A stretch of DNA of 64,000 nt from Lachnospiraceae bacterium (lineage in GTDB: Bacteria > Bacillota > Clostridia > Lachnospirales > Lachnospiraceae), in NCBI GenBank assembly GCA_022510565.1, contig JAFLTE010000011.1, positions 20,793-84,792 of the forward strand, written 5' to 3'. This document shows positions 38,700 through 48,277 of this stretch, in pieces; the stretch's first letter is position 1; each line of letters begins with the position of its first letter. Below the pieces are notes generated by a model. The model worked only from the letters and a program-made list of their open reading frames with translations, was not told where the DNA came from and did not search any database. The translations under genes were made by a program, and so were the position numbers.

Positions 38700-39856
38700 A
38701 AGTTTTATATGTGAAAAATGAAGCTTTATGGATGCCCGGTATTATATTTGCACTGAACAAAATGGGACATGAGATTCTGGTATATCCGGAATCTATGGAG
38801 AAATTTGAGGATAACGAGGAATTGCAGCGTCAGTTTGAAATCGTATTAAAAAGGGAAAACGTGGATTTTGTTCTGACCATTTGGTTTTCCAAAGAAGTGG
38901 CGCGGGTGACCAACCGGATTGGATTAAAATACGCTACCTGGTGTGTGGATTCTCCTGCCTTTCATGCGTGGGTGCCGGAGGCCGAGTATGATAACTGCTA
39001 TCTGTTCTACTTAGACTATCAGGAATACGAGTTAAAGAAAAAGGTTGGTCAGAGCAATGCATATTATCTGCCTATGGCGGCGGATATTATATGGAGCGGA
39101 CAGTTGGTAATTACAGATGATGATATCAAACAATACACCTGCAATATGTCCTTCGTTGGGGGAATGTATACGGATAATCTGTATGACAGGTCGATTGGGA
39201 TGTTTCCTGTAGATATGCAGAATGCTTTTACAGAGATTATAGAGCAGAGCGCCTTTGTGTGGGACAATCAGGACAGACTGCATATATCGCAGGAACTGGT
39301 AGAGACGGTTCGCCGAGAATGCCCTCAAATATTCCCTTCTTTCGATGTGTCGGACGAATATTATCTGCAGAGGTATCTGCTTGGGCGGAAGCTGACGCAG
39401 GTGGAAAGAACGTTACTGATGGATTTGATGGCGCAGCAATATGATATACATCTGTATACAAGAGATAAGGACATTGTGTCGGAGAATGTCAGACGGTTTC
39501 CGGCGATCAACCTCTTGGAGACCACCCCTAAGGTCTATTATTCCAGTAAAATTAACCTGAATATTACCTTGCGAAGTATCGCCAGCGGCATACCGGCGCG
39601 GGTGTTCGATGTGATGAGCGTAGGAGGATTCATGCTGTCCAACTGGCAGGCGGAGATACCCGAACTGTTCGTAGAAGATCAGGAAATCGTGACCTACAAG
39701 ACACCTGAGGAGTTGATTGACAAGGCGAATTACTATTTGAAACATGAAGACAAGCGGATTAGGATAAGCGTGAACGGGTATCGGAAAGTAAAGGAACAGC
39801 ACACATACGAACACCGATTAGACAAAATTATTTCTATTTTGTACCCAACGCCCTAA
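38696..39856 (+). CDS. CgeB-like glycosyltransferase, tandem copy 5
   Basis: Same motifs; ATGA overlap. Confidence 0.9.
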   Translation: MKVLYVKNEALWMPGIIFALNKMGHEILVYPESMEKFEDNEELQRQFEIVLKRENVDFVLTIWFSKEVARVTNRIGLKYATWCVDSPAFHAWVPEAEYDNCYLFYLDYQEYELKKKVGQSNAYYLPMAADIIWSGQLVITDDDIKQYTCNMSFVGGMYTDNLYDRSIGMFPVDMQNAFTEIIEQSAFVWDNQDRLHISQELVETVRRECPQIFPSFDVSDEYYLQRYLLGRKLTQVERTLLMDLMAQQYDIHLYTRDKDIVSENVRRFPAINLLETTPKVYYSSKINLNITLRSIASGIPARVFDVMSVGGFMLSNWQAEIPELFVEDQEIVTYKTPEELIDKANYYLKHEDKRIRISVNGYRKVKEQHTYEHRLDKIISILYPTP

Positions 39857-39880
39857 ATATATTTAAATTTTCTCCGATAT
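39854..39880 (+). promoter_or_regulatory. sigma-28 promoter of the flaG-fliD operon
   Basis: TAAA(39854-39857)-N16-CCGATAT; the -35 overlaps the stop codon of GT copy 5. Confidence 0.8.
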
Positions 39881-39967
39881 ATATATCAAAGATTACGTGA
39901 AGTCTCTTTGCGTTATCACAAGACGATTCTATTAAAATGCAAAATAATCACACGGAGGTGATCACCA

Positions 39968-40414
39968 ATGGCAATTGAACCATTAAGCAGTGCTATGACT
40001 TATCAGGCACAGACGGTTGTAAAACCGCAGACAGTAACACCAGTGAACACGGAAGTTCCTGAAGATGGACAGACAGTGAATGTTGACGAGACGACGGCGG
40101 CAGTGGCTCAGACTCAGGCACAGGACGAGAAGGGCAGCAGTGGTGGCAGCACAAGTCAGCAGCAACAGGCAGCGAAGAGTGCACAGGCAACTCCCGAGCA
40201 ACTGAAGAAGATGATCGAGGAGATGAACAAGAAGATCAATAACAGCAACGAAGTAGCGATGTTCGGTATCCATGAGGAGACTAACAGGGTTATGATTAAG
40301 ATCATGGATAAGGATACGAAGGAAGTCATCAAAGAGTTCCCGCCCGAGAAGACTCTCGATATGATTGCAAAGCTCTGGGAGATGGCAGGTATCCTTGTAG
40401 ACGAGAGACGTTAA
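39968..40414 (+). CDS. flaG: flagellar protein FlaG
   Basis: FGIHEETNRVMIKIMDKDTKEVIKEFPPEKTLDM...GILVDERR. Confidence 0.93.
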   Translation: MAIEPLSSAMTYQAQTVVKPQTVTPVNTEVPEDGQTVNVDETTAAVAQTQAQDEKGSSGGSTSQQQQAAKSAQATPEQLKKMIEEMNKKINNSNEVAMFGIHEETNRVMIKIMDKDTKEVIKEFPPEKTLDMIAKLWEMAGILVDERR

Positions 40415-40438
40415 TCGGTGCGGTAGGAGGTAAAGAAA

Positions 40439-42700
40439 ATGGCTATAAGGATTACGGGTATGTATTCCGGATTGGATACGGAGTCTATCATCAGTGAGCT
40501 TGTTTCCGCTCAGAGCGTTAAGAAGAGCAAATATGTTAAAGACCAGACGAAACTTAGCTGGAAGATGGATGCGTGGAAAGCTCTGAATACCAAGATTTAT
40601 AGTTTTTATACCAATACATTGGACAATATGCGCTTTCAGGCTTCATTTATGGGCAAGGTAGCGAAGGTGTCCAGCGACGCGTTCAGCGTAAAAGCAAGCA
40701 AAAATGCAGTTAACGGCACACAGAGTGTCAAGGTAGACCAACTGGCGACGACCGGTAAAGTTACGGGCAGAAATCTCAATGAGGACTTTGCAGGTAAGAA
40801 TATAACATCGTCTTCTAAACTGAGCGATCTCGGTATCAATGGAGATGCGAGCTTCGATGTGACTGTAGGTGGCAAGAAGACTACCATCAAAGTAAACGGT
40901 GATATGAAGATCAGCGACGTAGTTAAGAAACTGCAGAACGCCGGCCTCAATGCGAGCTTTGATGACGAAAACCACAGATTCTTCATCAGTTCCAAAGAAT
41001 CAGGTCAGGCGGCTGATTTTTCAATCACAGCTAACAATACGAACGGTTTGGATGCACTGGAGGCTTTGGGATTACTTACAGAGCTTTCTAAGAATGAGGA
41101 TAATCCGATTCGTAAAGAGTATCAGAAATGGGCAGACTATCTGAATGACCCCGATGCATATCAGGCAGTGAAGGACAAAGAGGTAGCGAAACGCGCCGCT
41201 GAATATAAGAAAGCGAACGATGCGCTTGAGAAGAAGAACGCTGAGCTGCAGAAAGAGATTAATGAGCTTCTGGAAAAAGATGACTATAAAAATGCAGAAG
41301 GTAAAACTGCGGAGGAACTGTACGAAGAGTTGTACGGACCGATGGAGGATGTGCTTGATGATGAAGGCAATCCAGTGAAAGACGATGACGGTAATACGGT
41401 TCAGGAGCGTCAGGGTGGTTTGCAGGGAGCTTTGAATGCGGCTAAGGCAGATCTCCAGAAGGCTCAGGATGCCAAGGCACAGCGTCTTGCCGAAGCAGAG
41501 GAAAAAGGAGAAGAGCTTTCAGAAGAAGAACTCGCAAAATTGGACGACGACATCAGCAATGCAAGTCAGGCAGTAAGCGATGCACGGTCTGCGCTCAATG
41601 AAAAGAAGGCTCAGTACAGCGCCGTTAAGACAGTTGAAGATAAGCAGGCACAGATTGATGCCAACCAAGATTCCATCGATGAGAATCGGAAATATTATAA
41701 CACAGAGACCGTGACAGATGAAGACGGTAATGAAACTGTAAAGGTTACCGGTTCAGATACGTTAATAGCGGATGTGAAGGCGGAATTTGATGCGAAGGTA
41801 GCCCTTGCGGACAGCATTATAAACGGCGACGGTTTCGGTAGTGACAGAAAATACGGCACCAGAATAGACGGCGTGGATGCTATAATCACTGTAGATGGTG
41901 CAACATTTAGATCTTCCACCAATGATTTTAACATTAATGGCATGGAAATTACGGTGTACGAGACGACGGAAAAGGCAGTGACGGTCACTACAAGTGACGA
42001 TGTAGACGGCATCTATGATATGATTAAGAACTTCTTCACTGAGTACAACAAGCTGATCAACGAGATGTCTGCGCTGTACAATGCGGATTCGTCTAAGGGT
42101 TATGAACCGTTGACTTCGGAAGAGAAAGATGCAATGTCCGATTCGGAAATTGAGGAGTGGGAGAAGAAAATTAAAGATTCTCTGCTTCGCAGAGACGGTA
42201 CATTGGGTGATATTACCGATGCTATGAAGACTGTAATGATGCAGGGCGCTAAGGTAAACGGTAAGACCATGTATCTGTCCGACTTCGGCATCAACACGTT
42301 GGGGTATTTCAACGCGGGCGACAATGAGAAAGGTGCATACCATATCAACGGTGACTCGGACGATGCCAACGTAAAGGGCGAGGATGATATATTGAGGGCG
42401 ATGATTGCATCCGATCCGGATACGGTGATGAGTTTCTTTACAGGTCTGTCAAACAATCTGTATAATACATTGTCCGATAAGATGAGGGCTATCGGAAATA
42501 CGAGCAGCGCTTTCACCGTATACAACGACAAGTTGATGCAGAAAGAGTATGACAATTACAAGGATAGAATCGCCAAGGAAGAAGATAAGCTGAATGCTTT
42601 GATGGATAAGTGGTACGAGAAGTTCGCGAGAATGGAGACGGCGCTTGCAAAGTTACAGGGCAAGAGCGGTGGATTATCCAATATGCTCGGCGGTCAGTAA
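40439..42700 (+). CDS. fliD: flagellar filament cap protein FliD
   Basis: ITGMYSGLDTESII N-terminus, YEPLT...WE.K.K.SLLRRD and FARMETALAKL C-terminus. Confidence 0.94.
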   Translation: MAIRITGMYSGLDTESIISELVSAQSVKKSKYVKDQTKLSWKMDAWKALNTKIYSFYTNTLDNMRFQASFMGKVAKVSSDAFSVKASKNAVNGTQSVKVDQLATTGKVTGRNLNEDFAGKNITSSSKLSDLGINGDASFDVTVGGKKTTIKVNGDMKISDVVKKLQNAGLNASFDDENHRFFISSKESGQAADFSITANNTNGLDALEALGLLTELSKNEDNPIRKEYQKWADYLNDPDAYQAVKDKEVAKRAAEYKKANDALEKKNAELQKEINELLEKDDYKNAEGKTAEELYEELYGPMEDVLDDEGNPVKDDDGNTVQERQGGLQGALNAAKADLQKAQDAKAQRLAEAEEKGEELSEEELAKLDDDISNASQAVSDARSALNEKKAQYSAVKTVEDKQAQIDANQDSIDENRKYYNTETVTDEDGNETVKVTGSDTLIADVKAEFDAKVALADSIINGDGFGSDRKYGTRIDGVDAIITVDGATFRSSTNDFNINGMEITVYETTEKAVTVTTSDDVDGIYDMIKNFFTEYNKLINEMSALYNADSSKGYEPLTSEEKDAMSDSEIEEWEKKIKDSLLRRDGTLGDITDAMKTVMMQGAKVNGKTMYLSDFGINTLGYFNAGDNEKGAYHINGDSDDANVKGEDDILRAMIASDPDTVMSFFTGLSNNLYNTLSDKMRAIGNTSSAFTVYNDKLMQKEYDNYKDRIAKEEDKLNALMDKWYEKFARMETALAKLQGKSGGLSNMLGGQ

Positions 42701-42744
42701 TTTAGATTATTAGTGTATAAGTACGATCAGGGAGGAACAGACTT

Positions 42745-43122
42745 ATGCCGGTACAGAATCCTTATGAGGAGTATCAGAGAAACAAGATATTGACCGCATC
42801 ACCGGCGGAGATTACTCTGATGCTTTATGAGGGTGCTATCAAATTCTGCAACGTCGCTATTATGGCAATAGAGCAGAATGATATGGAGAAAGCGCATACG
42901 AATATCATGAAAACGCAGCGTATCGTTGAAGAGTTTCGTAATACGTTGGACCGTAAATATCAGGTAGCGGAAGAATTTGACAAGATTTATGTCTATGTAC
43001 TTCAACGTTTGTTTGAGGCTAATATCAAGAAGGATAAAGAAATTCTGGAAGAAGTGAATACACACCTTCGCAGTTTGAGGGACACTTGGAAAGAAGTCAT
43101 GAAGCGTTGTAATAAGGCGTAG
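42745..43122 (+). CDS. fliS: flagellin chaperone FliS
   Basis: ILTASPAEITLMLYEGAIKF...LRDTWKEV. Confidence 0.95.
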   Translation: MPVQNPYEEYQRNKILTASPAEITLMLYEGAIKFCNVAIMAIEQNDMEKAHTNIMKTQRIVEEFRNTLDRKYQVAEEFDKIYVYVLQRLFEANIKKDKEILEEVNTHLRSLRDTWKEVMKRCNKA

Positions 43123-43128
43123 AGAGGT

Positions 43129-43611
43129 ATGAGTATGGACCAGAGCGGTGCGCAGATATTACTACAGAGTCTTGAGAAAAAAAACCAACTGCTGGATCAG
43201 ATGATCCGGCAGAATGGTGTTCAGGAGGAAATCCTGAAGCAGGAAGAACTTGACATGGATGCATTTGATGAGGCAATCGATAAGCAGAGTTCTTTTGTGG
43301 AGCAGTTGGATAAACTGGATCGTGGCTTTGAGGCAGTTTATGACAGATTTCGGGAAGAACTGATAGAGAACAAAGAGCGTTACCGCGACGAAATTGCCCG
43401 GATGAAGCAACAGATTCAACAGATTACCGACAAGATTGTAACACTGAATGCCGGCAATATGCGCAATAAGATGCTGGCAGAGAATCAGTTTAAGAAGAGG
43501 CGTCAAGAAATCGGAACGGGTGCATCTAAGAGCCGGGTGGCAAGAAATTACTATAACAGCATGAACAATTTAAATTATGTGTCACCGCAATTTTATGATA
43601 ATAAGAAATGA
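43129..43611 (+). CDS. FliT/FlgN-like flagellar chaperone
   Basis: Helical 160-aa ORF after fliS, ending FYDNKK. Confidence 0.7.
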   Translation: MSMDQSGAQILLQSLEKKNQLLDQMIRQNGVQEEILKQEELDMDAFDEAIDKQSSFVEQLDKLDRGFEAVYDRFREELIENKERYRDEIARMKQQIQQITDKIVTLNAGNMRNKMLAENQFKKRRQEIGTGASKSRVARNYYNSMNNLNYVSPQFYDNKK

Positions 43612-43643
43612 TGTTTCAGGCATAATTATTTGATTCCATCTAT

Positions 43644-43687
43644 AGTCACTCTTTTCATGATTATTTATGAAGAGGGTGACTTTTTTT
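43644..43687 (+). terminator. intrinsic terminator of the flaG-fliD-fliS operon
   Basis: AGTCACTCTT...AAGAGGGTGACT stem followed by a T-run. Confidence 0.8.
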
Positions 43688-43742
43688 GCTTTTGGAGTTA
43701 AGATGTATATATGTCGATGCATCATAAAGGAGAAAATTACAA

Positions 43743-44768
43743 ATGAATATTATGATATCCATCAACCGTGATTATATAAAATATGCCTGTATCATGCTGA
43801 TGTCGTTAAAACAACATCATAAGGGTATATTATTGTCTGTGTATATTCTGCATAACGAGTTGACAGACGAAGATTTTATGAAGATGGATGAAGTCATTGG
43901 TTCAGAGGGTATTGAATTGATACCGGTCTTTATTCCGAAGGGGACCGTGAAGGATTTTCAGATTGGAAACTGGCCGGAGGAGGCTGCGTATCGTCTGCTT
44001 GCAACGGATTTGTTTGCGGGTTCTTTAGATCGCATTTTACATTTGGATGTAGATGTTTTGATTACGGGGGATATCAGCGAATTTTATAATACGCCTTTCG
44101 ACGGCAATTATCTGGTTGCATGTGAAGATTTCCTGACGGATGAAGTCAGACGACGCAAGTGTCACGATTTTGGCAAGGAAGAGGACGGCAGATTCTTTAA
44201 TTCGGGTGTGCTTCTGTTTAATATACCAAAGCTTAAGGAAGACGGTTATTGTTATGCCCTCTATGCGGACATACTTAAGAAGTATCCAAATATCAACATG
44301 GAATATCCGGATCAGGACATGTTAAATATACTGTTCTGGGATAAGACAAAGTATATGGATAGACTCAGATACAATTATGCATCTTTGCACTATAGAATGG
44401 AAGAGACGGAGAATCTGTATGACTCTTTGGAGGAATTGGAAAGAAACTGCAGTATTATACACATGATAGGCGGTACAAAGCCGTGGGTCAATATAAGTAA
44501 AGCGGCGGTGGACGAATTGTGGTGGGAATATGCGGCGCGCACACCTTTTTATTGGGATATGAAGATTGCACATGTTGAGAGTATGCTGCGCAGGGAGCAG
44601 AAGATGAATAATGTAATTGGCGGCAAAATAAAAGAAATCAGTCATGGTACGGCTACTAATCAGCTCCTGCTTGATGTGGAGGAAACATTATTTCAGATAC
44701 TTGAACAGAAATTTAGGATGATAGATAGATTGAGTGAAAAATTTCAAAAAACCTCTAAAGTAAATTGA
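43743..44768 (+). CDS. glycosyltransferase family 8
   Basis: YRLL, ILHLDVD, FNSGVLL, DQDMLN and IIHMIGGTKPW motifs. Confidence 0.92.
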   Translation: MNIMISINRDYIKYACIMLMSLKQHHKGILLSVYILHNELTDEDFMKMDEVIGSEGIELIPVFIPKGTVKDFQIGNWPEEAAYRLLATDLFAGSLDRILHLDVDVLITGDISEFYNTPFDGNYLVACEDFLTDEVRRRKCHDFGKEEDGRFFNSGVLLFNIPKLKEDGYCYALYADILKKYPNINMEYPDQDMLNILFWDKTKYMDRLRYNYASLHYRMEETENLYDSLEELERNCSIIHMIGGTKPWVNISKAAVDELWWEYAARTPFYWDMKIAHVESMLRREQKMNNVIGGKIKEISHGTATNQLLLDVEETLFQILEQKFRMIDRLSEKFQKTSKVN

Positions 44769-44782
44769 AAGACATCCGATAT
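44756..44782 (+). promoter_or_regulatory. sigma-28 promoter of flagellin
   Basis: TAAA(44756-44759)-N16-CCGATAT. Confidence 0.85.
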
Positions 44783-44877
44783 ATAATACAGGTAAAGTAA
44801 AACAAATTTACTTACGTAACAGGTAATGGGACCGAAAGCAGCGTACGAGCCGGAGGAACCATTACAGGAAAAAATAA

Positions 44878-44910
44878 GTGGCAAGGAAGCCACATTAAAT
44901 TCAAGGAGGA
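44878..44910 (+). promoter_or_regulatory. probable CsrA-binding sites in the flagellin 5' UTR
   Basis: Hairpin GTGGC-AAGGAA-GCCAC (44878-44893) with GGA in the loop, and a second AAGGA at the SD, as in B. subtilis hag; csrA and fliW are present. Confidence 0.75.
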
Positions 44911-44917
44911 ATATATT

Positions 44918-45850
44918 ATGGTAGTACAACACAATCTTACAGCAATGAACTCTAACAGAATGCTTGGTTTAACAACCAGCGCACAGGCAAAGTCTACGGA
45001 GAAGTTATCTTCCGGATACAAGATCAACCGTGCAGCAGATGATGCAGCAGGCTTGGCGATTTCCGAGAAGATGAGACGTCAGATCAGAGGCCTTACACAG
45101 GCATCTGCTAACGCTCAGGACGGTATCTCCTGTGTACAGACAGCAGAAGGCGCTTTGAACGAAGTTCATGATATGTTACAGCGTATCAATGAGCTGGCAG
45201 TTAAGGGCGAGACAGCTACTCTGACATCCACAGACCGTTCTTACATCCAGACAGAGATCCAGCAGCTGATGTCCGAGATCGACCGTGTACAGAGCACGAC
45301 CACATTCAACGAGCAGAACCTGTTGGATGGCTCCTTCACAGGCAAGGCACTTCAGGTAGGTGCAGAGGCAGGTCAGCACATCGGTATCACCATTCAGGAT
45401 ATGAGTATGTCCGGTTTGAAAGACCTTGTTACGAAGAACGCTACAGGCAAGACCTACAGTACGGACAACGGTAAGGATACCAGAACTGTTTCTACGGATG
45501 CAGAAGATACTTTGAAGAAGTTCTATGATGACTTCGACAAGGATGCTATCACAACTGTAGCAGAAGAGAAAGATTTCGCAAGCTTGAACGCATTCATCAA
45601 GTCCTGCTTGCAGGAAGTATCCAAACAGCGTTCAGACCTGGGTGCAGTCCAGAACAGACTTGAGCACACGATCAACAACCTGGACAACATCGTAGAGAAC
45701 ACGACATCCGCTGAGTCTGCAATCCGTGATACGGACATCGCTACAGAGATGGTTAAGTACGCTAACAACAACATCCTGCAGCAGGCTGGTACATCAATGC
45801 TGTCACAGGCAAACCAGAGCAACCAGCTGGCACTGTCCTTACTCGGCTAA
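44918..45850 (+). CDS. fliC: flagellin
   Basis: EKLSSGYKINRAADDAAGLAISEK, QTAEGAL, RSDLGAVQNRLEH and IRDTD motifs. Confidence 0.98.
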   Translation: MVVQHNLTAMNSNRMLGLTTSAQAKSTEKLSSGYKINRAADDAAGLAISEKMRRQIRGLTQASANAQDGISCVQTAEGALNEVHDMLQRINELAVKGETATLTSTDRSYIQTEIQQLMSEIDRVQSTTTFNEQNLLDGSFTGKALQVGAEAGQHIGITIQDMSMSGLKDLVTKNATGKTYSTDNGKDTRTVSTDAEDTLKKFYDDFDKDAITTVAEEKDFASLNAFIKSCLQEVSKQRSDLGAVQNRLEHTINNLDNIVENTTSAESAIRDTDIATEMVKYANNNILQQAGTSMLSQANQSNQLALSLLG

Positions 45851-45890
45851 TAAGCCAGTCAGTGATGAACAACATTGCTCAGTAACTACC

Positions 45891-45923
45891 AAAGGAGTTC
45901 CCATTTATGGGGACTCCTTTTTT
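45891..45923. terminator. intrinsic (probably bidirectional) terminator after flagellin
   Basis: AAAGGAGTTCCCAT-TT-ATGGGGACTCCTTTTTT. Confidence 0.85.
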
Positions 45924-45958
45924 CCACTTCCATTATCGGGTGGTGCTTTTTTGCCACT

Positions 45959-47017
45959 TCATTTCAATTCCTGAATCTTTTCCAGCGCCATGGGAAAGTC
46001 ACCGCATTTCTTGTAATGCATCAGTGCGGCTTCCTTGTCTCCCATCATTTCGTTGATAAGTCCGATATTGTAGGATGGAATAAAGCTGTTGGCACCGACC
46101 ACATGCACATTATTGCAGGATAATGCCTTGACAAACTCCAGTAATGCCTTCATATACTGTCCGTTCCTGAGATAAATCAGTCCCATCAGGGTGAAGAAAT
46201 CGGCGGAGACAGCGAAAGCATCGTAGATGCCGCTTAATCCTAAAGCTTCCTCGGCGCGGTCAAGATGCAGCAGCGCATAGCCGTAACCAATCACCATCAT
46301 CTGTACATATTCCGCGGCGGGGTCCACATCGTAGGAGAGCCCTTTGCTGTAGTAGAGACATGCGTTTTCATCATCATGAATCATGTTATATGCCTGACCG
46401 ATTTGGAAATAGGTGTACGGATTGTCGGGATGTGTCTCCAAATCTTTTTCTAATAGAGAAATATTGCGCAATGCCTTCTCGCGCATTGATCCTTCGCTTC
46501 CGCTGTAGCCGGAGTGATTGAGAATAAGTGGAATCTGATAAGTTCCGTAGGAATACCGCTCTGTATCAAGTAATCTCACCTGCTCGTGAATAATTCCCTC
46601 ATAATGATAATATTTCCGCGAGAATAGACGCTCTACGAGGTCAACATATATACTATCAGTGCCGTTCATCTGATAGTGGTTTTCGCGGGAGAGAAGCCCC
46701 ACGGATGTAGGATGCTGCTTGGCAAGGCGAAGAATCGCTTCAATGTCAATCTCTTGTAGATATTCGTCGCTGTCAATGAACAGAATGGTATCGTACGATG
46801 CTTGTTCGATAGAGTAGTTCCTCGCAGCGGAGAAATCATCGCACCAGACGAAGTCCAATACCTTGTCGGCATATTTACCCGCAATATCTTTCGTGCGGTC
46901 CGTGGAGCCGGTATCGACTACTATAATCTCCCAATCATACGTCCTCAGAGGTTTTAGGCAGTTCTCGATATTCTGTTCTTCATTCTTGGTTATGATACAT
47001 ATGGATATTGGAAGCAT
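45959..47017 (-). CDS. GT2 + TPR glycosyltransferase (flagellin O-glycosyltransferase-like)
   Basis: ISICIITKNEE, VDTGSTD, DDFSAARN, IDSDE and GIIHEQ motifs, then TPR repeats. Confidence 0.9.
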   Translation of the reverse strand: MLPISICIITKNEEQNIENCLKPLRTYDWEIIVVDTGSTDRTKDIAGKYADKVLDFVWCDDFSAARNYSIEQASYDTILFIDSDEYLQEIDIEAILRLAKQHPTSVGLLSRENHYQMNGTDSIYVDLVERLFSRKYYHYEGIIHEQVRLLDTERYSYGTYQIPLILNHSGYSGSEGSMREKALRNISLLEKDLETHPDNPYTYFQIGQAYNMIHDDENACLYYSKGLSYDVDPAAEYVQMMVIGYGYALLHLDRAEEALGLSGIYDAFAVSADFFTLMGLIYLRNGQYMKALLEFVKALSCNNVHVVGANSFIPSYNIGLINEMMGDKEAALMHYKKCGDFPMALEKIQELK

Positions 47018-47089
47018 GAGCAACTCCTGGTATTTCATATTTTCCGTAGGCGGTATTTATCATAAGATTTTAATCTTGCATATTGAGTT

Positions 47090-48274
47090 CTAGTGAATTC
47101 CATAACACCGCTCCAACGATTCCAACATAGAATCAACGCAGTTGACCCATGTATAGTTCCGCGCGGTCTTCTCACAGGCGTTTTCAATCAGTGTCTGCGC
47201 CTCTGTGGGATGATTCAGCCAGTAACCTGCAATTTCAGGTAACTTGTCCAACTGTTTTAAATCGTACAGTACAATATCCTTTCCGTCTTCATAGTATCTG
47301 TCTAACCACGTACTTGAGTCCGTCAGACAAATAGAGTGCCGCAGCATTGTGTTGAAGATTCGGTCATGGGTTCCTTCTTTGAACCATGGCATAACATTCA
47401 AATTGATACGCGCATCCCGCATATAGTCAAAAGTGTCCGCCAAATTGATGCGTCCGCTTAGGATATGCAGATTGTCTGCTCCGGCGCAGGGGTGATTTTC
47501 CCAGCCTCTGCCCAGTACATGAACATCCAGCCCGGCTTTTATAAGTACTTGCACCGCCTTGCCTCGGTAGTACATGCGTACCATCCAGTCGATGGGTGTC
47601 ATGTTGCGCATGATGGTCTTGACTGCGTTATCGCTCAAAGGCATATTGTTGGCATCCAAAATGCCAAGTACTGACTGAATCAGTGACTTCTCCGTATGGG
47701 AAGTCAGATCCTTTTCAATCTGCATGAAGATATTGTACATAGGGGAATCCTTCGGGAAAAGAGCTTCCAATTCCGGAAGCATACTCTCCGGCACATAGTA
47801 CGTGGCTGAAAAGACAATGTCGTATTTCTTATCGATGTACGGAATAGGAGATTTATCGTCAGGCGTTCCGGCGTGTGCCAGAAACTCAATATGTTCTACG
47901 TTAGGGAAGTATTTCTTCACATAAGCCACGTGCTCTTCGTCCGGACAGAACTGGATATATTTACGCGTGTGTCTCTCCATGGTGGGATGCAGCCGCAGCG
48001 GATGATCCATAAGGATATGGAGGGTACATGCATCCATCATATCCCATAGGTTGATAAAGGTATCGTTGTGGATGCCGGCACGGTTAAAGCAGACCACGGC
48101 GTCCACCTTGCGTTCGCAAAAGCTCATAAGCTCCTCCATGGAATGAGAGGTCCGCGATGGATTCAATAAATCCAGAATAAATGTGTCATGTCCGCGTTTC
48201 GCCAGTTCCTTAGCAATCTCATCGGTGAAATAATTAAAGGATTCCGTTGATTCGTAGAATAGTACAAATCTCAT
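47090..48274 (-). CDS. CgeB-like glycosyltransferase
   Basis: LMDHP, GRGW and ARINLNVMPWFK.GTHDRIFN motifs. Confidence 0.85.
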   Translation of the reverse strand: MRFVLFYESTESFNYFTDEIAKELAKRGHDTFILDLLNPSRTSHSMEELMSFCERKVDAVVCFNRAGIHNDTFINLWDMMDACTLHILMDHPLRLHPTMERHTRKYIQFCPDEEHVAYVKKYFPNVEHIEFLAHAGTPDDKSPIPYIDKKYDIVFSATYYVPESMLPELEALFPKDSPMYNIFMQIEKDLTSHTEKSLIQSVLGILDANNMPLSDNAVKTIMRNMTPIDWMVRMYYRGKAVQVLIKAGLDVHVLGRGWENHPCAGADNLHILSGRINLADTFDYMRDARINLNVMPWFKEGTHDRIFNTMLRHSICLTDSSTWLDRYYEDGKDIVLYDLKQLDKLPEIAGYWLNHPTEAQTLIENACEKTARNYTWVNCVDSMLESLERCYGIH

Positions 48275-48277
48275 TTG

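Larger units (their letters stand above)
34041..39856 (+). repeat. five-unit tandem gene duplication, about 1.16 kb period
   Basis: Collinear DNA similarity between all five genes, including an identical 40-bp block at 35628-35667 and 36791-36830. Confidence 0.9.

Noticed and set aside
34041-39856. Diversity-generating retroelement or invertible shufflon as the cause of the GT repeats
   Set aside because: No reverse transcriptase or recombinase in the window; the repeats are whole direct gene copies and differences are not confined to adenines
7479-43184. A8/T8 homopolymers in the MTases (7479-7486, 8363-8370) and the FliT-like gene (43177-43184) as phase-variation switches
   Set aside because: Short A/T runs are expected in AT-rich codons, all frames are intact, and no long G/C tracts were seen in the GT genes
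44790-44870. c-di-GMP riboswitch in the flagellin leader
   Set aside because: Could not match class I (GCAAA...GNRA/receptor) or class II architecture by eye; retained only as an unassigned structure
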